The notes beneath the pieces are model-generated. The model had not been told where the DNA came from and ran no database searches. It saw only the letters and a list, made by a program, of their open reading frames with translations. A stretch of DNA of 63,397 nt, counting the filler, from Octopus bimaculoides (lineage: Eukaryota), in assembly GCF_001194135.2 (NCBI RefSeq). It is 6 parts of 6 records of this genome, joined end to end, with 100 filler letters (N's around TTAATTAATTAA, not from the genome) between each part and the next. Parts side by side here need not be neighbours in the genome. Positions count along the whole stretch, not along the records: positions 39,538 to 49,707 come from NC_068981.1; positions 49,808 to 62,134 come from NC_068982.1; 4 more parts are not named here. One strand, 5' to 3'. A program made the translations under genes and the position numbers. Shown one piece after another: positions 39,438-52,609 of this stretch; the stretch's first letter is position 1; each line of letters begins with the position of its first letter.

Positions 39438-40942
39438 NNNNNNNNNNNNNNNNNNNNNNNNNNNNNNNNNNNNNNNNNNNNTTAATTAATTAANNNNNNN
39501 NNNNNNNNNNNNNNNNNNNNNNNNNNNNNNNNNNNNNATCAATCGATCGGATGGTGTCTGCAATGACCGAAACGCTGCGCAGCATGAGCCAGTGAAGTAT
39601 TCCACTCACCTATCTTTTATGGCTATCGTAGTGGTAGATGATAGCCCTCACTTTGTTTTTTTGGACCACTTCTTTCGGGTTATGTAATTGACGACTGAAT
39701 CAAACTTTGCGTCATTCTTTTTATTGTTTTTATAGTTAGTAGTGTTGCTGGTGGTATGGCTTCCATTATTATTGATGGAAATATGAATCTTATTTGCTGT
39801 TGGTAGTAGCGAATGCAGCAACGACGACATCTGTCAGTTACATTGTTATTGTTATTTTCAGCCTAGTGTCGGCGGCAACGGTTGCTTTAGGGCTGTTATT
39901 GTTGCTGTAGTCATAGTTGCTTTTGCTTCTAGCACTGTCACATTTTGTGTGAAGCTTAATGTTTTCGTTGAGTGTTGGTTTCTGCTGGTGCTGTTGTTGG
40001 CGTTGCTATTATTGTTGTTGGCGCTGTTGTTGTTGTTGTACAATGTAGTGGTGAGGGCGTGAGGTGTGTTTGTCTAGTTCTTGATAGCGTGGAGTGTTTT
40101 CTGTGTCATGTGCAGCAATACTGATGATGTTGCCTGCCTTCACTGTTGCTGGTGTTAGCACTGTTGTTTTTTTTTGTTTAAACTCAAGTCAAACCTAAAC
40201 AAACCGACATACAAATGAAAGGCGGCCGTCGTATTTTGTTCTTAAGTGTTGAAAACTCGAGACGACGTTATACAATATGTCCTTTTCTAAGAAAAAAATT
40301 TGTGTAATTTGATGGAGATTTTGCTGTTATTTCAAGGTCAAACAATCGAGTGTGGTAGCACTTGGAATTGCTAGAAATAAGAGCTAAAGATATAACTCGA
40401 AAAGCCAGAAATTCAGGGTCTGCAAGCAGCAAACCACGACGTCTTTCTTTGGTAAAATAATCTCACAGAATGAAGTAGTTTGATAAAACCCAATCACGTG
40501 ATTTCTAAATTTAACCAGCATGGTCTTGTTTCTCTTCATGGGTTTCTACAATTTATTCCGGGTTAAAGAGATAGCTTGCTCTTGAGAGAGAGAAAAAACA
40601 TTGAACAGCGAGCGCTAATATTCAAAACGGTTAAAGTGTATATAAAAAATACAATAAGATATTATAATAGTATATTAATATATTATGATATATTAAATAC
40701 ATTATAATATAGGTGGCTATAGCAATTAAAACCAAAAAGCAAAATTCATAAATAAGGGTGTAAAATAGCACCTGCAGTTGCTAGAAATGAGAGCTAAAAG
40801 CCATTTTAGCCCCCGAGGTTCAATGGGTTTTTTTCCCTCATGAGCAAATGGGAAGAAAGCTATCTCTTATTGAGGAAACTCCTAACGAGAAACAAAACCA
40901 TGCTTACATTATTATTTTTTAACCACTCCGCCATATGTCCAC

Positions 40943-41228
40943 GGGCATATGGTGTAGTGGTTAAGAGCGCGGGCTACTAAATCCAAGATTCCGAGTTCGA
41001 TTCCAAGCAGTGACCTGAACAATATTATTATTATTAATAATAATAATAATCATAATAATAATAATTATAATAAGATCGAAAAATACCTTAGGAATGAGAA
41101 CCCAGGTTCGAAATTTCCCCAAGACACCTGAGGAAGGCTGGAGGGTTCACAGCAAACAAGATGAGGACAAATATCCGTCGAATGTAAATAATGTACATAA
41201 TTCCTCATCTCTTGAATATAGAACTGTA
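40943..41228 (+). mobile_element. tRNA-derived SINE with internal (AAT)n and a hammerhead-like 3' module
   Basis: A box tggtgtagtgg, B box gagttcgattc, then acac-CTGAGGA-a-ggctg...cagc. Confidence 0.7.
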
Positions 41229-42260
41229 AAACCATGTTTGTTAAATTTCGAAATCACGTGATAGAGTTTTATCAAACTAGTTCATTCTGTGAGTTTATCT
41301 TGCCGAAGGAAGATATGGCTTGCTGCTCGTAGTCCCTGAATATCTCATGAGGTTGGTGAATTTGTGTGGCTATTTGAGTTAAATTTTTTAGCTCTCATTT
41401 CTAGCAATTTCAGGTGTAATTTTGCACCCTTACTTATGGATTTTGCCCTTTTGGTTTTAATTGCTATATTATAATGTATTTAATACATCATAATGTATTA
41501 ATCTACNNNNNNNNNNNNNNNNNNNNNNNNNNNNNNNNNNNNNNNNNNNNNNNNNNNNNNNNNNNNNNNNNNNNNNNNNNNNNNNNNNNNNNNNNNNNNN
41601 NNNNNNNNNNNNNNNNNNNNNNNNNNNNNNNNNNNNNNNNNNNNNNNNNNNNNNNNNNNNNNNNNNNNNNNNNNNNNNNNNNNNNNNNNNNNNNNNNNNN
41701 NNNNNNNNNNNNNNNNNNNNNNNNNNNNNNNNNNNNNNNNNNNNNNNNNNNNNNNNNNNNNNNNNNNNNNNNNNNNNNNNNNNNNNNNNNNNNNNNNNNN
41801 NNNNNNNNNNNNNNNNNNNNNNNNNNNNNNNNNNNNNNNNNNNNNNNNNNNNNNNNNNNNNNNNNNNNNNNNNNNNNNNNNNNNNNNNNNNNNNNNNNNN
41901 NNNNNNNNNNNNNNNNNNNNNNNNNNNNNNNNNNNNNNNNNNNNNNNNNNNNNNNNNNNNNNNNNNNNNNNNNNNNNNNNNNNNNNNNNNNNNNNNNNNN
42001 NNNNNNNNNNNNNNNNNNNNNNNNNNNNNNNNNNNNNNNNNNNNNNNNNNNNNNNNNNNNNNNNNNNNNNNNNNNNNNNNNNNNNNNNNNNNNNNNNNNN
42101 NNNNNNNNNNNNNNNNNNNNNNNNNNNNNNNNNNNNNNNNNNNNNNNNNNNNNNNNNNNNNNNNNNNNNNNNNNNNNNNNNNNNNNNNNNNNNNNNNNNN
42201 NNNNNNNNNNNNNNNNNNNNNNNNNNNNNNNNNNNNNNNNNNNNNNNNNNNNNNNNNNNN

Positions 42261-42297
<37 letters not shown>

Positions 42298-43172
42298 TAC
42301 GACGAGTTTCTTTTAGTTTCCGTCTACCATATTCATTCACAAGGTCGGCCAGAGACTATAGAAGAAGACACTTCCCCAAGGTGCCACGCAGTGGGACTGA
42401 AACCGGAATCATGTGGTTGACAAGCAAGATTCTTACCACACTCGATTGTTTGACCTGCTTGAAATAACAACCAAATCTTCCTCAAATTGCACAAATACTT
42501 TTCTTAGAAAGGACATATTGTATAACGTCGTCTCTAGTTTTCAACCTCTTATCATAGGTATATTAACATATCTATGTTAGCATAAAGTGTGTGTATATAT
42601 ATATATATATGCATTTATGTGTGTGTGTGTCTTTGTGTCTGTCTCCCCACCGACCATCGCTTGACAACCGATATTGGTGTGTTTACGCCCCCGTAACTTA
42701 GCGGCTCGGCAAAAGCAAGCGATAGAATAAATACTAGGCTTACAAAGAATAAGTCATGGGGTCGATTTCTGTGTGTAAAACAAAAAACCACCAGGGCGGT
42801 GCTCTAGCATGGCCGCAGTCACATGACTGAAACACATAACAGAATAAAAGAATAACAGAACACCGATGGTGGTTTTACTAACGTCATCGTCACATCTTTC
42901 CACCACCCCTTTCTCTACCTCACCTCACCTCACCAGCTTGCTGCCATATGCTCCGATATGCAGTGGTGCAGCCCATCATCCATTTTCTTCTTGACATTTA
43001 AACTGTTTACAATATTTTCTTTAACGAATAAATTTTAAAAACATTTCAACAATAAATTGCATCGTCCCTCCTCAACAAGACAGTCTATAAATCAAACATT
43101 CCAGGTGGACAAACTCAACAATTGAAAACAATCGCAAGGAATGATGTAAAGCATGTTTCTCAATCCAGAGGC

Positions 43173-43670
<498 letters not shown>

Positions 43671-43789
43671 CTGAAACAATGAAAGAAGTTGAAAGAACGA
43701 TGGGACAAATAGTTGTAAAGAGAAAGATTTACCTGGCCATTTAGTGCGACAAACTGAGGAAACTGGAAGGGAAGAATGTCGGATGGTAG

Positions 43790-44215
43790 CTGAGAGATGA
43801 AAGAGAAATTGAACCACTAATTATAGCCGCTCAAGAACATCCCATAAGAACGAATTTAATAGAGACAAAGGTTGATAAAACTATGATAGCAACTAGAAAA
43901 TATGTGGAAAAGGGGACTACAGTATTAACTATCTGCTAAACGATAGCAGTAAAAGAGTATTTGGGGATATTAGCCAAGTTTGTGGATTTGAAGTGACGGA
44001 AAACTGGCATGAATACGAACCAGAGGCTTTCTTGGGGAATGAATGATAATTATAGGATTTTTTTAGCAATCTCTATAGAGACTGGCCATACTATTGAAGC
44101 AAAGAGACCACATATGATCGTGGAAGACAGGAAGAACAAACATTGCGAGATCATTGACTTTGTGCTCTCATGTGATAGAAGAGTGGATATCATGGAAGCC
44201 AAGAAAACAAAAAAG
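43790..44215 (+). mobile_element. Old RLE LINE fragment
   Basis: WHEYEP...IETGHTIEAKRPHMIV..KHCEIIDF is an endonuclease-domain remnant. Confidence 0.65.
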
Positions 44216-45069
44216 AAAGAAAAGACCCCGAGAAACATAAAAATCGACACAGGCAGTGACTCATACCACTCCTATTCACCAGCGACATATAATACAACTT
44301 TTACATCACATACGAAACACAATCACCATCCAACAAACAAATCTGTAAAGCAAACAAACGGAACCATAAAGAAATAACCACAAACAAGAAAATAAACCCC
44401 AGCACAAAGCAAACACGATATAACATGCAAACATAATTGTACACTCCCAAATGACAGCGAAGCACATATTTCAGGAACACGGTAATGCATCTAGTGGCAC
44501 AATAAAAATTCGCATGAAACAGTCAAAAGCAACAACTAAAGAATTAGTAATAATCACAGCAACAGCAGCGACAAAAGCAGCAGCGGCAACAGCGGCTCCG
44601 GCAACAGCAACAACAGCAGCAGAAACAACAACAGCAACAATAATATATTTTATCTTTTACTTGCTTCAGTCATTGGACTGCGTCCATGCTGGGGCATTTA
44701 CCTTGAAGGTCTTAATTGAACAAATCGATTCACATACTTATTTTTTATCAAAAGTCTGTACTTATTCTATTGTTTTTTTTTTTGCCGAACTGCTAGATGG
44801 TGGTGAGGTAAACAGACTAACACCGGTTATCGAGCGCGGGCGGGGAGGTGACAAAGACATACACATTCACACACACACACATACACGACGGGCTTTCAGT
44901 TACCGTCAGCCCAATCCACCCACGAGACTTTGGTTGGCCCGGGGTTATAGCAGTAGACACATGAGTGATGTGCCGTGCAGTCGGACTAAGCGCAAAACCA
45001 TGTGGTTGGGAAGCAAACATTTTACCATATAGCCAGTAATAATAATAATAATAACAATAATAATAATAT

Positions 45070-45650
45070 GATGCAGTACCAGGCATTGGCTTTCATGGAT
45101 TCTGATCTTAACTGATTGAAAGTGTTATCATGTACATATTTTGTCTTGGTTAAAAAGATGGGCTACAGCAAATATTCTGCTCAGTACCACAGATTTGCTC
45201 GTCAGTTGTTTGACCTTAATCAGTTGAGCATGTCCTTTGGTGGCTGACGATATGTGCATCTCTGAGCACGAGCAGAAGTAGTAGGGGAGCATCATAGCCA
45301 TGTGTTGAGGGGAATTTAGGGCNNNNNNNNNNNNNNNNNNNNGGGGGGGGGGTGAATAATTCATCTCTGGAAACATGGGTGTTTCGTTCAACTTTCTTAA
45401 ACAACCCTTATTCAGGGACCTTTTGAGCGGGATGGGCTACTCGTCCTGAAGAAAATTCTAATTGGAGCCCATCTGCAAGGTCATGCGCTGCCTATCTTGA
45501 TGTGACATCACCATGTCGCGCACATATGGTTATGATGCATGTGCCTGATGTTCCCTTAACAGATGGGTGGTCAGGATGGGTATATTGGGCTTCGTGTATT
45601 TGTACTCCAGTGTCACTTTAATCGCATGAGCTGTTATCTCACTCAATGAT
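45070..45650 (+). repeat. ~570-bp dispersed repeat with (AAT)n tail (probable retroposon 3' end)
   Basis: A diverged second copy lies at ~33880-34400; both end in aataataat. Confidence 0.7.
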
Positions 45651-45684
45651 AATAATGATATTAACAATAATAATAATAAGAAAT

Positions 45685-45900
45685 AATAATTTCAAATTTT
45701 GGCACAAGGCCAGCAATTTTGGGGTAGGAGGACGAGTCGAATACGTCGACACCAGTACTCAACTAGGACTTATTTTATCGACCGAGAAAGAATGAGAAGC
45801 AAAGTCGACCTCTGCAGAATTTGAACTCAGAACGTAAAGACGAACGAAATGCTGCTAAGTATTTTGTCCGCCGTGTTAACGATTCTACCAGCTCGCCGCC
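45685..45900 (-). mobile_element. tRNA-derived SINE family 2 (octopus OR-like)
   Basis: Head ggcggcgagctgg.agaatcgtta..., 'gagttcaaattc' B box. Copies lie at ~6085-6300(-), 6315-6528(-), 9208-9422(-), 22440-22590(+) and 52882-53090(+). Confidence 0.8.
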
Positions 45901-45961
<61 letters not shown>

Positions 45962-45963
45962 TT

Positions 45964-46022
<59 letters not shown>

Positions 46023-46059
46023 AGCAACAACAACAAGGTAATTAAAATATGCAGGCATG

Positions 46060-46470
46060 ATTATGTTGATAAAAGAGTATACTGAAATGCTAGCCAAGTC
46101 TGTGAATTATAAATGACGGAAAAATTGTATGAAAGTGAGCTGGACACAGTCAGGTTTTGGTAATTACAAGATTATATGGGATTTCTCCATAGAAAGCGAT
46201 CCTACCATTGAAACAGATACGATTTGATCGTGGATGACTGAAACAATAGTGTAAGATCACAGATTTTGCAATACCATATTGTAGACTGAATACTAATGGA
46301 AACTGAAAGATATCAGAACCTAGCAGAGAGATGGAAAGATAGTGAGACATAAGAGTGAAAACTGTTCCTGAAGGATACTGGAACTGAGACATGTATTGTC
46401 GCCCTGTAAAAAAAGTGCCGTCTTGTATTCTGCAAGAATCCTAAGAATAGTTCTTCAGATTTGAGACTTG
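46060..46470 (+). mobile_element. Old RLE LINE fragment following an (AAT)n(GAT)n tract
   Basis: Degenerate KIIWDFSI..D and a C-terminal 'KSAVLYSARILRIVL'. Confidence 0.55.
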
Positions 46471-47487
46471 TCACCAAACCTTATGGTAACATGTCGGCTA
46501 ACTCAATTGGACTTTTGTATAATGATGGTAATAATAACAGTAACTGGTTGAGGTCCAAGGTCAACAATTTTGGTCCACACCATCGACGTCAGTACTTAAT
46601 TGATATTTTATTTTATCAACTCACGGGGGATAAAAAGCAAAGTTGACTCTGGTGGAGTTAAGACTCAGAATGTAAAAGAGCTGCAAACAAAGAAAATAAA
46701 TTTTCCACACTTCTCGAAATCCTCCGATTGTAACACTAGACGGTCACATCAGTTGTATCTGTTTTTGTCATCCGATGACACTGGAATAGTTTCCTCAACC
46801 TTGTCTAATAATTAATACTGTCTTGGTTTTTATGATGCTGTTGTTTCTATCATTGTTATTGTTGATACATGTTGCTCTTTTTATTTCTGTTGTTACTGAC
46901 TCTATCAATGAGAATTTTGTAGCTATGGTTATAACGGTTTGTAGAGTTGATGCCACTAATGTTCTTATTGTTTATGCACTGCAGTTGTTCTTTTTATCGA
47001 TATCCACCGTTAAACAGCTGTTAACATATATGCTTTGTTATTGCGATTTCGAATCATTATTCTGTGTTTTGATTATTTGTCTAATAGAAAAATGATGCAA
47101 ATAAAAATCTAAAGCATTCAACAAACCAATAAATGAATAAAATAGGCATTAGCATTGACAATCTAAACTAAAAACAATATGTGATGAGAAAGAAAATATT
47201 AGTCGATAACTATCTTTACTTTTCCATTTTCCTGGTGAGTACAAGAGACAAATTCCTGACCTGTTTCGTAATTTTTCTGGTTTTATCAGCGACATATAGT
47301 CTCTCTATAGCTTGCATAATTAATAGTGAGTAGATTACTAAATAAATATTAAAAAATACATTTGTTTATTTCACGGTGTAGAAAAACAGAATTATATTTT
47401 CTCACGAGCATATTTATTTGCAGTTTAGATTTTAAATGATGCAGCCAAATCATATTTAATTAATTGGATTCCAGTTATTCATTACAG

Positions 47488-47547
47488 GAAATTGTGGTAT
47501 ACATTATCAACTACGAGCAGATATTTTGGGGAAGAATTCTGATAAAG
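47488..47547 (+). CDS. Gene B probable exon (xNCGIHYQLRADILGKNSDK)
   Basis: cattacag|GA...AAAG|gtgatg, 60 nt, phase 1 to 1. The phase-0 frame is also open. Confidence 0.45.
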
Positions 47548-47888
47548 GTGATGACACTTATACTAGTGAGATACAGAGTTTGACTTAATAAACCTGAATT
47601 CTTGCTTTCACTGTATAGATATTTAAAAATATGAATTGCATACATTTCCAAACGTTAAAAAAAAAAAAAAAAAAAAAAAATGAACTGATTATTAGACATA
47701 TTTTTGGCATATAAAAGGAGTTTGCGTTTTTAGCTTGCAAATATATTCTTTATTATTAGGTTGATCTGGAAGAAGGGGCTATACTGGTGGCCCTCGCAAG
47801 TCCTAAAGAGTGCAATGGCATGCCAGATATTTGGGCAACAATTTTGTTTGAGTTATTTAATATTACCATGCTTATCAGAAACAGAGTG

Positions 47889-48245
47889 GAGGCGCAATGG
47901 CCCAGTGGTTAGGGTTAGGGCAGCGGACTCACGGTCATGTGAGTGTTTATTGAGCGAAAACACCTAAAAATCTCCACGAGGCTCCGGCAGGGGATAGTGG
48001 CGAACCCTGCTGTACTCTTTCACCACAACTTTCTCTCACTCTTACTTCCTGTTTCTATTGTGCCTGTAATTCAAAGGGCCAGCCTTGTCACACTGTGTCA
48101 CGCTGAATATCTCCGAGAACTACATTAAGGGTACACGTGTCTGTGGAGTGCTCAGCCACTTGCACGGTAATTTCACGAGCAAGCTGTTTCGTTGATCGGA
48201 TCAAGTGGAACCCTCGACGTCGTAAGCGACGGAGTGCCAACAACA
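47889..48245 (+). mobile_element. tRNA-derived SINE family 3
   Basis: Head ggcgcaatggcccagtggttaggg with an (ACA)n tail. A near full-length reverse copy lies at 62478-62862 and a 5' part at 37105-37250. Confidence 0.8.
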
Positions 48246-48520
48246 ACAATCAGAAACAGAACTTTTCTTAAATTGAAAATTATCTTAAACAAGTTTTTGT
48301 GGAGAGTTGAAACTTAATCGTAAAAAAAAATAACATTGATATGTCTTATCTTAAAAAATAAACCGCTTGTGTTTTATGAAACTCAGATGTTTTATGTCAG
48401 CCATAAACGATGTTCATCTTAATCTACCATGAGTTGTGGTTGGGATGTAAAAATAAAGCAAACTGCTGAATCTGATAACATTTCTTGTAATATATAACAT
48501 CTTATTAATAGTGTAAGCAG

Positions 48521-48614
48521 TTGTGACTTGGGCGGATCCTCATAGAGAAATAGATGTCAAAACCGGAGGAAAAGCTCATTCTGGCGAACATTGCTTCATG
48601 CTTCAAGGAAATAG
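48521..48614 (+). CDS. Gene B probable exon (VVTWADPHREIDVKTGGKAHSGEHCFMLQGNR)
   Basis: gtaagcag|TT...AATAG|gtgaat, 94 nt, phase 1 to 2, linking 47547 to 50080 in frame. Confidence 0.45.
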
Positions 48615-49337
48615 GTGAATGGCGTTTGAACTTTCGTATTCGTAGTTTGTGAGTCCACTTCAAATCGTGGAGATTCTAATTGGAAGTGTAACTCTAATTG
48701 TGACATCAATAGCAAAAGATAAAACGTATCCTCTCAATCTTTATTAAGTCTATGAAAAGAAACTTCAACTGAAGATCTACTTTCCACCGACATCTAAATA
48801 AAGAATTATTGAAATGAGAAGTGACAAGCAACAATTTTGTTCCGAATTTATTAAAAGTATCCCAAACTCCTTAGTTCCGTTCTCGATAATTATATCAATG
48901 ATATCGATGTGCTGAAATTTCTTAGAATTTTCCAATGACAACCTGATCTATAGAATTTAAAAGAGACAATTTATTTCGTGGAAAGAATGTACCACTTATA
49001 TTTTGAGCAACAATAATGATGTTCAGGTGTGATTCTTCGTATTATGATAGATGATGAAAATAATATCAAACAGAAGAATTACATTTTAACAAAAGAAGTA
49101 ATTCGCTGTGGAATTTTAAAAAAAATGTCCCTTTAAGCTTAAACTTATTCTAAGAGAAGTATGCAAAATAATACGTTTCCTGAAGAAGCCTTGGCTGGCT
49201 GGCTGGAAGGGTTTTGTCGTGAGAAGCACGATATGACAATAATATAATTCAATCAATATAGAGTGAAATTACAAAAATACACAAATTACGTACTTCTGGC
49301 ATATAAATGAAAATCAAAAAAATTATTATATAAAATC

Positions 49338-49705
49338 TGGCTGTGTGGTAAGTAGCTTGCTTACCAACCACATGGTTCTGGGTTCAGTACCACTGCATGG
49401 CACCTTGGGCAAGTGTCTTTTACTATAGCCTCGGGCCGACCAAAGCCTTGTAAGTGGATTTGGTAGACGGAAACTGTGTATATGTTTGTGTGTCTGTGTG
49501 TCTGTGTGTCTGTGTTTGTCCCCCCAACATCGCTTGACAACCGATGCTGGTGTGTTTACGTCACCGTAACTTAGCGGTTCGGCAAAAGAGACCGATAGAA
49601 TAAGTACTAGACTTACAAAGAATAAGTTCTCACGTCGATTTTCTCGACTAAAAGCGGTGCTCCAGAATGGCCGCAGTCTCAAATGACTGAAACAAGTAAA
49701 AGAGT
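49338..49705 (+). mobile_element. tRNA-derived SINE family 1 (octopus OK-like), near full length
   Basis: Pol III-like head, 'ggcaccttgggcaagtgtctt' core and internal (TG)n. Copies lie at ~11955-12342(-), 15130-15290(+), 16400-16790(-), 23900-24190(-), 26388-26485(+), 42300-42440(-), 42600-42850(+), 44660-45030(-) and 61806-62134(+). The family name is recalled, not verified. Confidence 0.8.
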
Positions 49706-50079
49706 GTNNNNNNNNNNNNNNNNNNNNNNNNNNNNNNNNNNNNNNNNNNNNTTAATTAATTAANNNNNNNNNNNNNNNNNNNNNNNNNNNNNNNNNNNNN
49801 NNNNNNNTATATATATAAGATGAAACATTGATGTCTTTCTAAAGACTATCAGTAATATAAGGGAAATTGTTTCGAATTGAAATGAACAAAAAGACAGCTG
49901 CCCAAAAGCTTACATCTCCACACAAAAATTAGTACCAGTTTGGTTTGTAGCAACTATAAAATACCGTATTGCACAACTAACATACTTTAAAGTATATCCA
50001 ACAAAATGTATCTCGCTTGTGATAAATGCAATTCTATAAAGTCCTCAAACTTTAATGTTGGGACATATATACTTTCTAG

Positions 50080-50169
50080 GAAGAAAGATCTCCTTCTGAA
50101 AAAACACCAACAGAAAATTAAGGAACTTGGTAACCAGATGGAACTTTCTCATCTCAAATATGAACAAAG
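50080..50169 (+). CDS. Gene B coiled-coil exon (KKDLLLKKHQQKIKELGNQMELSHLKYEQ)
   Basis: actttctag|G...CAAAG|gtaatt, 90 nt, phase 2 to 2. Confidence 0.75.
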
Positions 50170-51126
50170 GTAATTAAATGTGTTTGTCTGTTTTTCTGTC
50201 TGTTCAACTATCTATTTGGTTACCTTTTCTAAGTTTTGTTTCCATGCCATTTACTTATTTATGTGGTTTCTTGCTCTGCTAGAAATAGTAACTAAATCTT
50301 TCTCACATCAGATAAATATAATCTTAGATATAACTTACGTGAAAATCTGGACGGTCATTGCTTGAATGACTTTGATCATAAATTTGCTCGATCAGAACTG
50401 CTTTGGGATGAACGACAGCCTTTAGATTCTGAGCCAGATCAACTCCTTCATTATACATTTTTACCAAAGACACTTCGAGTCAGAATTAAATACTTTATTG
50501 TATTTAGTTTTATCCCTCTACTTTCTAACTTGGCAGAGAATTCTGCTGGAGAGAATTTTGTCTTTTATCCTTATTGGTGATAAAATATGTAGCAGACATT
50601 TTTAGCCACATTCTCAAGAAGCAGAGGAAAGTTCCCATAACCCTTTATTTTTTCAGAGCCTTCGATATTGGTGGGGGGAAGGTTGGAAGTTTTCCTGAAA
50701 CCGGAGGCCTAGGCTGAATACACGTAACAGAGTGGACTTCATTAAGGGCCAGGTAGTGGTGTTTGTATTTTAATGTACTAAAACAGGTATTTATCTCTAA
50801 AACAATGCGCCACCAAAACCTGATCCCTGGATCACTCTGTTTGACACATTCAAACAGATTCTTGATCCCCTTCACAACTTTCTTTTTCCAAATGTTCAGG
50901 CTTAACTCACAAACATCAGTTTAACCTGTCTGAAAGTACCTGCAAAGGTTATGCCACTGTTCTTCCAGCTTTCACTAATTTATTGAAAAACAGATGATTA
51001 TTTGTACAAAACATTAGGTTTCATATACAAAATATTGATTGTTCTACACAACATCGTCTTCAAATTGTGTCTATAAAATATCTGTCTTCAGTTCCAAACT
51101 ATTGATTGTCTCTTTTAAAACGTCAG

Positions 51127-51220
51127 TCTTCAGATTCAGATAAACCAAAGACGAAACAAACTGAAACAAATTCAAGAAGAGAAAAGAAATGGCAATAATA
51201 AAATTTCAGATAAAAAACTG
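51127..51220 (+). CDS. Gene B coiled-coil exon (SLQIQINQRRNKLKQIQEEKRNGNNKISDKKL)
   Basis: tctcttttaaaacgtcag|T...CTG|gtacgt, 94 nt, phase 2 to 0. Confidence 0.7.
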
Positions 51221-52304
51221 GTACGTTTCTTTTCATTTGTAACACACACACATATGGAAGATGATGGCGGTGACGACGAGACAAAAAAAGACGACGACAG
51301 CAACAATAATAATCATGATGTTTTTCCTTCTTCTGAATAAAAAAAAAACCGCATAACTACAGTAGGGAATGCCTAATATATACGTATATACAGGTTCATC
51401 TAGAATGTTTTAAGTAACTCCTTCTTAAGCCTACTTTAAGCAGGTTCTTTCAATCACACATTCTTATGTACGTCACCTATCTCTGAGGGTATTTTGCATA
51501 GGAGCCGTTAAATTACTGTAACATGTCTCATCTTTCACTATGTGTCTGGAATATTTTGAAGAACTGCTAATTTGACCAAATTTAATCAGTAAGATCATTT
51601 ACTACACATTCGTATTTAGGTTACTTTCCTTTGAATGCTAGGTGAAGTAGTATACAAAGATATTCCAGATGTACCCTGGCTTTCATGACGTTAATGCTGA
51701 AAATGATCTCTTGCATGTTTGATGTAATAAGCTAAATAGAAACTTTAAATTGTTAAGATTACGCCGTTAGTATTGAAAACAGTCATTATCCAAATGACAG
51801 GTTCTGATTGAAAATATTAAAAAAAAAAAGGAGGGGATGTAACTCTGAAATTTTAATTGATTAATATTAATTAGATATGAAATTCAGAGAAGAGAGATTA
51901 ATTTTCAGCCGTACAGTGACAGCTCCAGTCATTGTACAACTAAGTGAATTGGGACGTTGGAAGGGACACACATTAAAGTAACGACTCAAGAAGCTCCAGC
52001 TTCCAATTACGTGTGAGGTGGGAGGTTAATGCGTGTGCATGTGTGTGCATGTGTACATGTATATATGTATTGATGACTTTATGCGAACTATAGTCCATTC
52101 AGTCATTAAGCTAACAACATATCGCCATGTCCGGCAATAACAGACATTGTGATGACGAGGAGGACGACGACGAAAGAGTAGATAGCAATGAAAACTATGC
52201 TGGATAATGATATCGTGGAGGATAATAATTTTGTTGCTTACGATAACGATGATGACGACGAAGACGAGGACGACGACGATGACAGGGAGGAGGAGGAGGA
52301 AAAG

Positions 52305-52400
52305 GAGGAGGAGAGGTGGGGAGGAGGAGAGGTGGGGAGGAGGAGAGGTGGGGAGGAGGAGAGGTGGGGAGGAGGAGAGGTGGGGAGGAGGAGAGGTGGG
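52305..52400 (+). repeat. 16-bp G-rich minisatellite, 6 perfect copies of GAGGAGGAGAGGTGGG
   Basis: Read directly. Confidence 0.95.
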
Positions 52401-52462
52401 GAGGAGGAGGGGGAGGGCACTAATTTTGTTTGTGTTTTTCTTTTTCTTTTTCTTTACTGCAG

Positions 52463-52609
52463 GAATCAGAAATAGAAGCTGCAGAAGAGAAGCTGCAGAA
52501 TGAGAAGGCTGCTGCTATAACTAAAATGCAAGAGACTCTGTTAAAAGAAACTGAAAGTTTAATAGAAGAGCAATTCGAAGAACTGATTGCTAAAATTGGT
52601 AAACTTGAG
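52463..52609 (+). CDS. Gene B coiled-coil exon (ESEIEAAEEKLQNEKAAAITKMQETLLKETESLIEEQFEELIAKIGKLE)
   Basis: Long polypyrimidine tract ending tactgcag|GAA, donor GAG|gtcagt, 147 nt, phase 0 to 0. Confidence 0.85.

Noticed and set aside
40943-41015. Genuine tRNA gene
   Set aside because: It has A/B boxes, but the acceptor and anticodon stems pair poorly and it continues into a SINE body.
47183-47234. Signal-peptide-like first exon MRKKILVDNYLYFSIFL|gtgagt for gene B
   Set aside because: Its phase-0 path through 47488 hits a stop at 48521 and cannot reach the coiled-coil exons.
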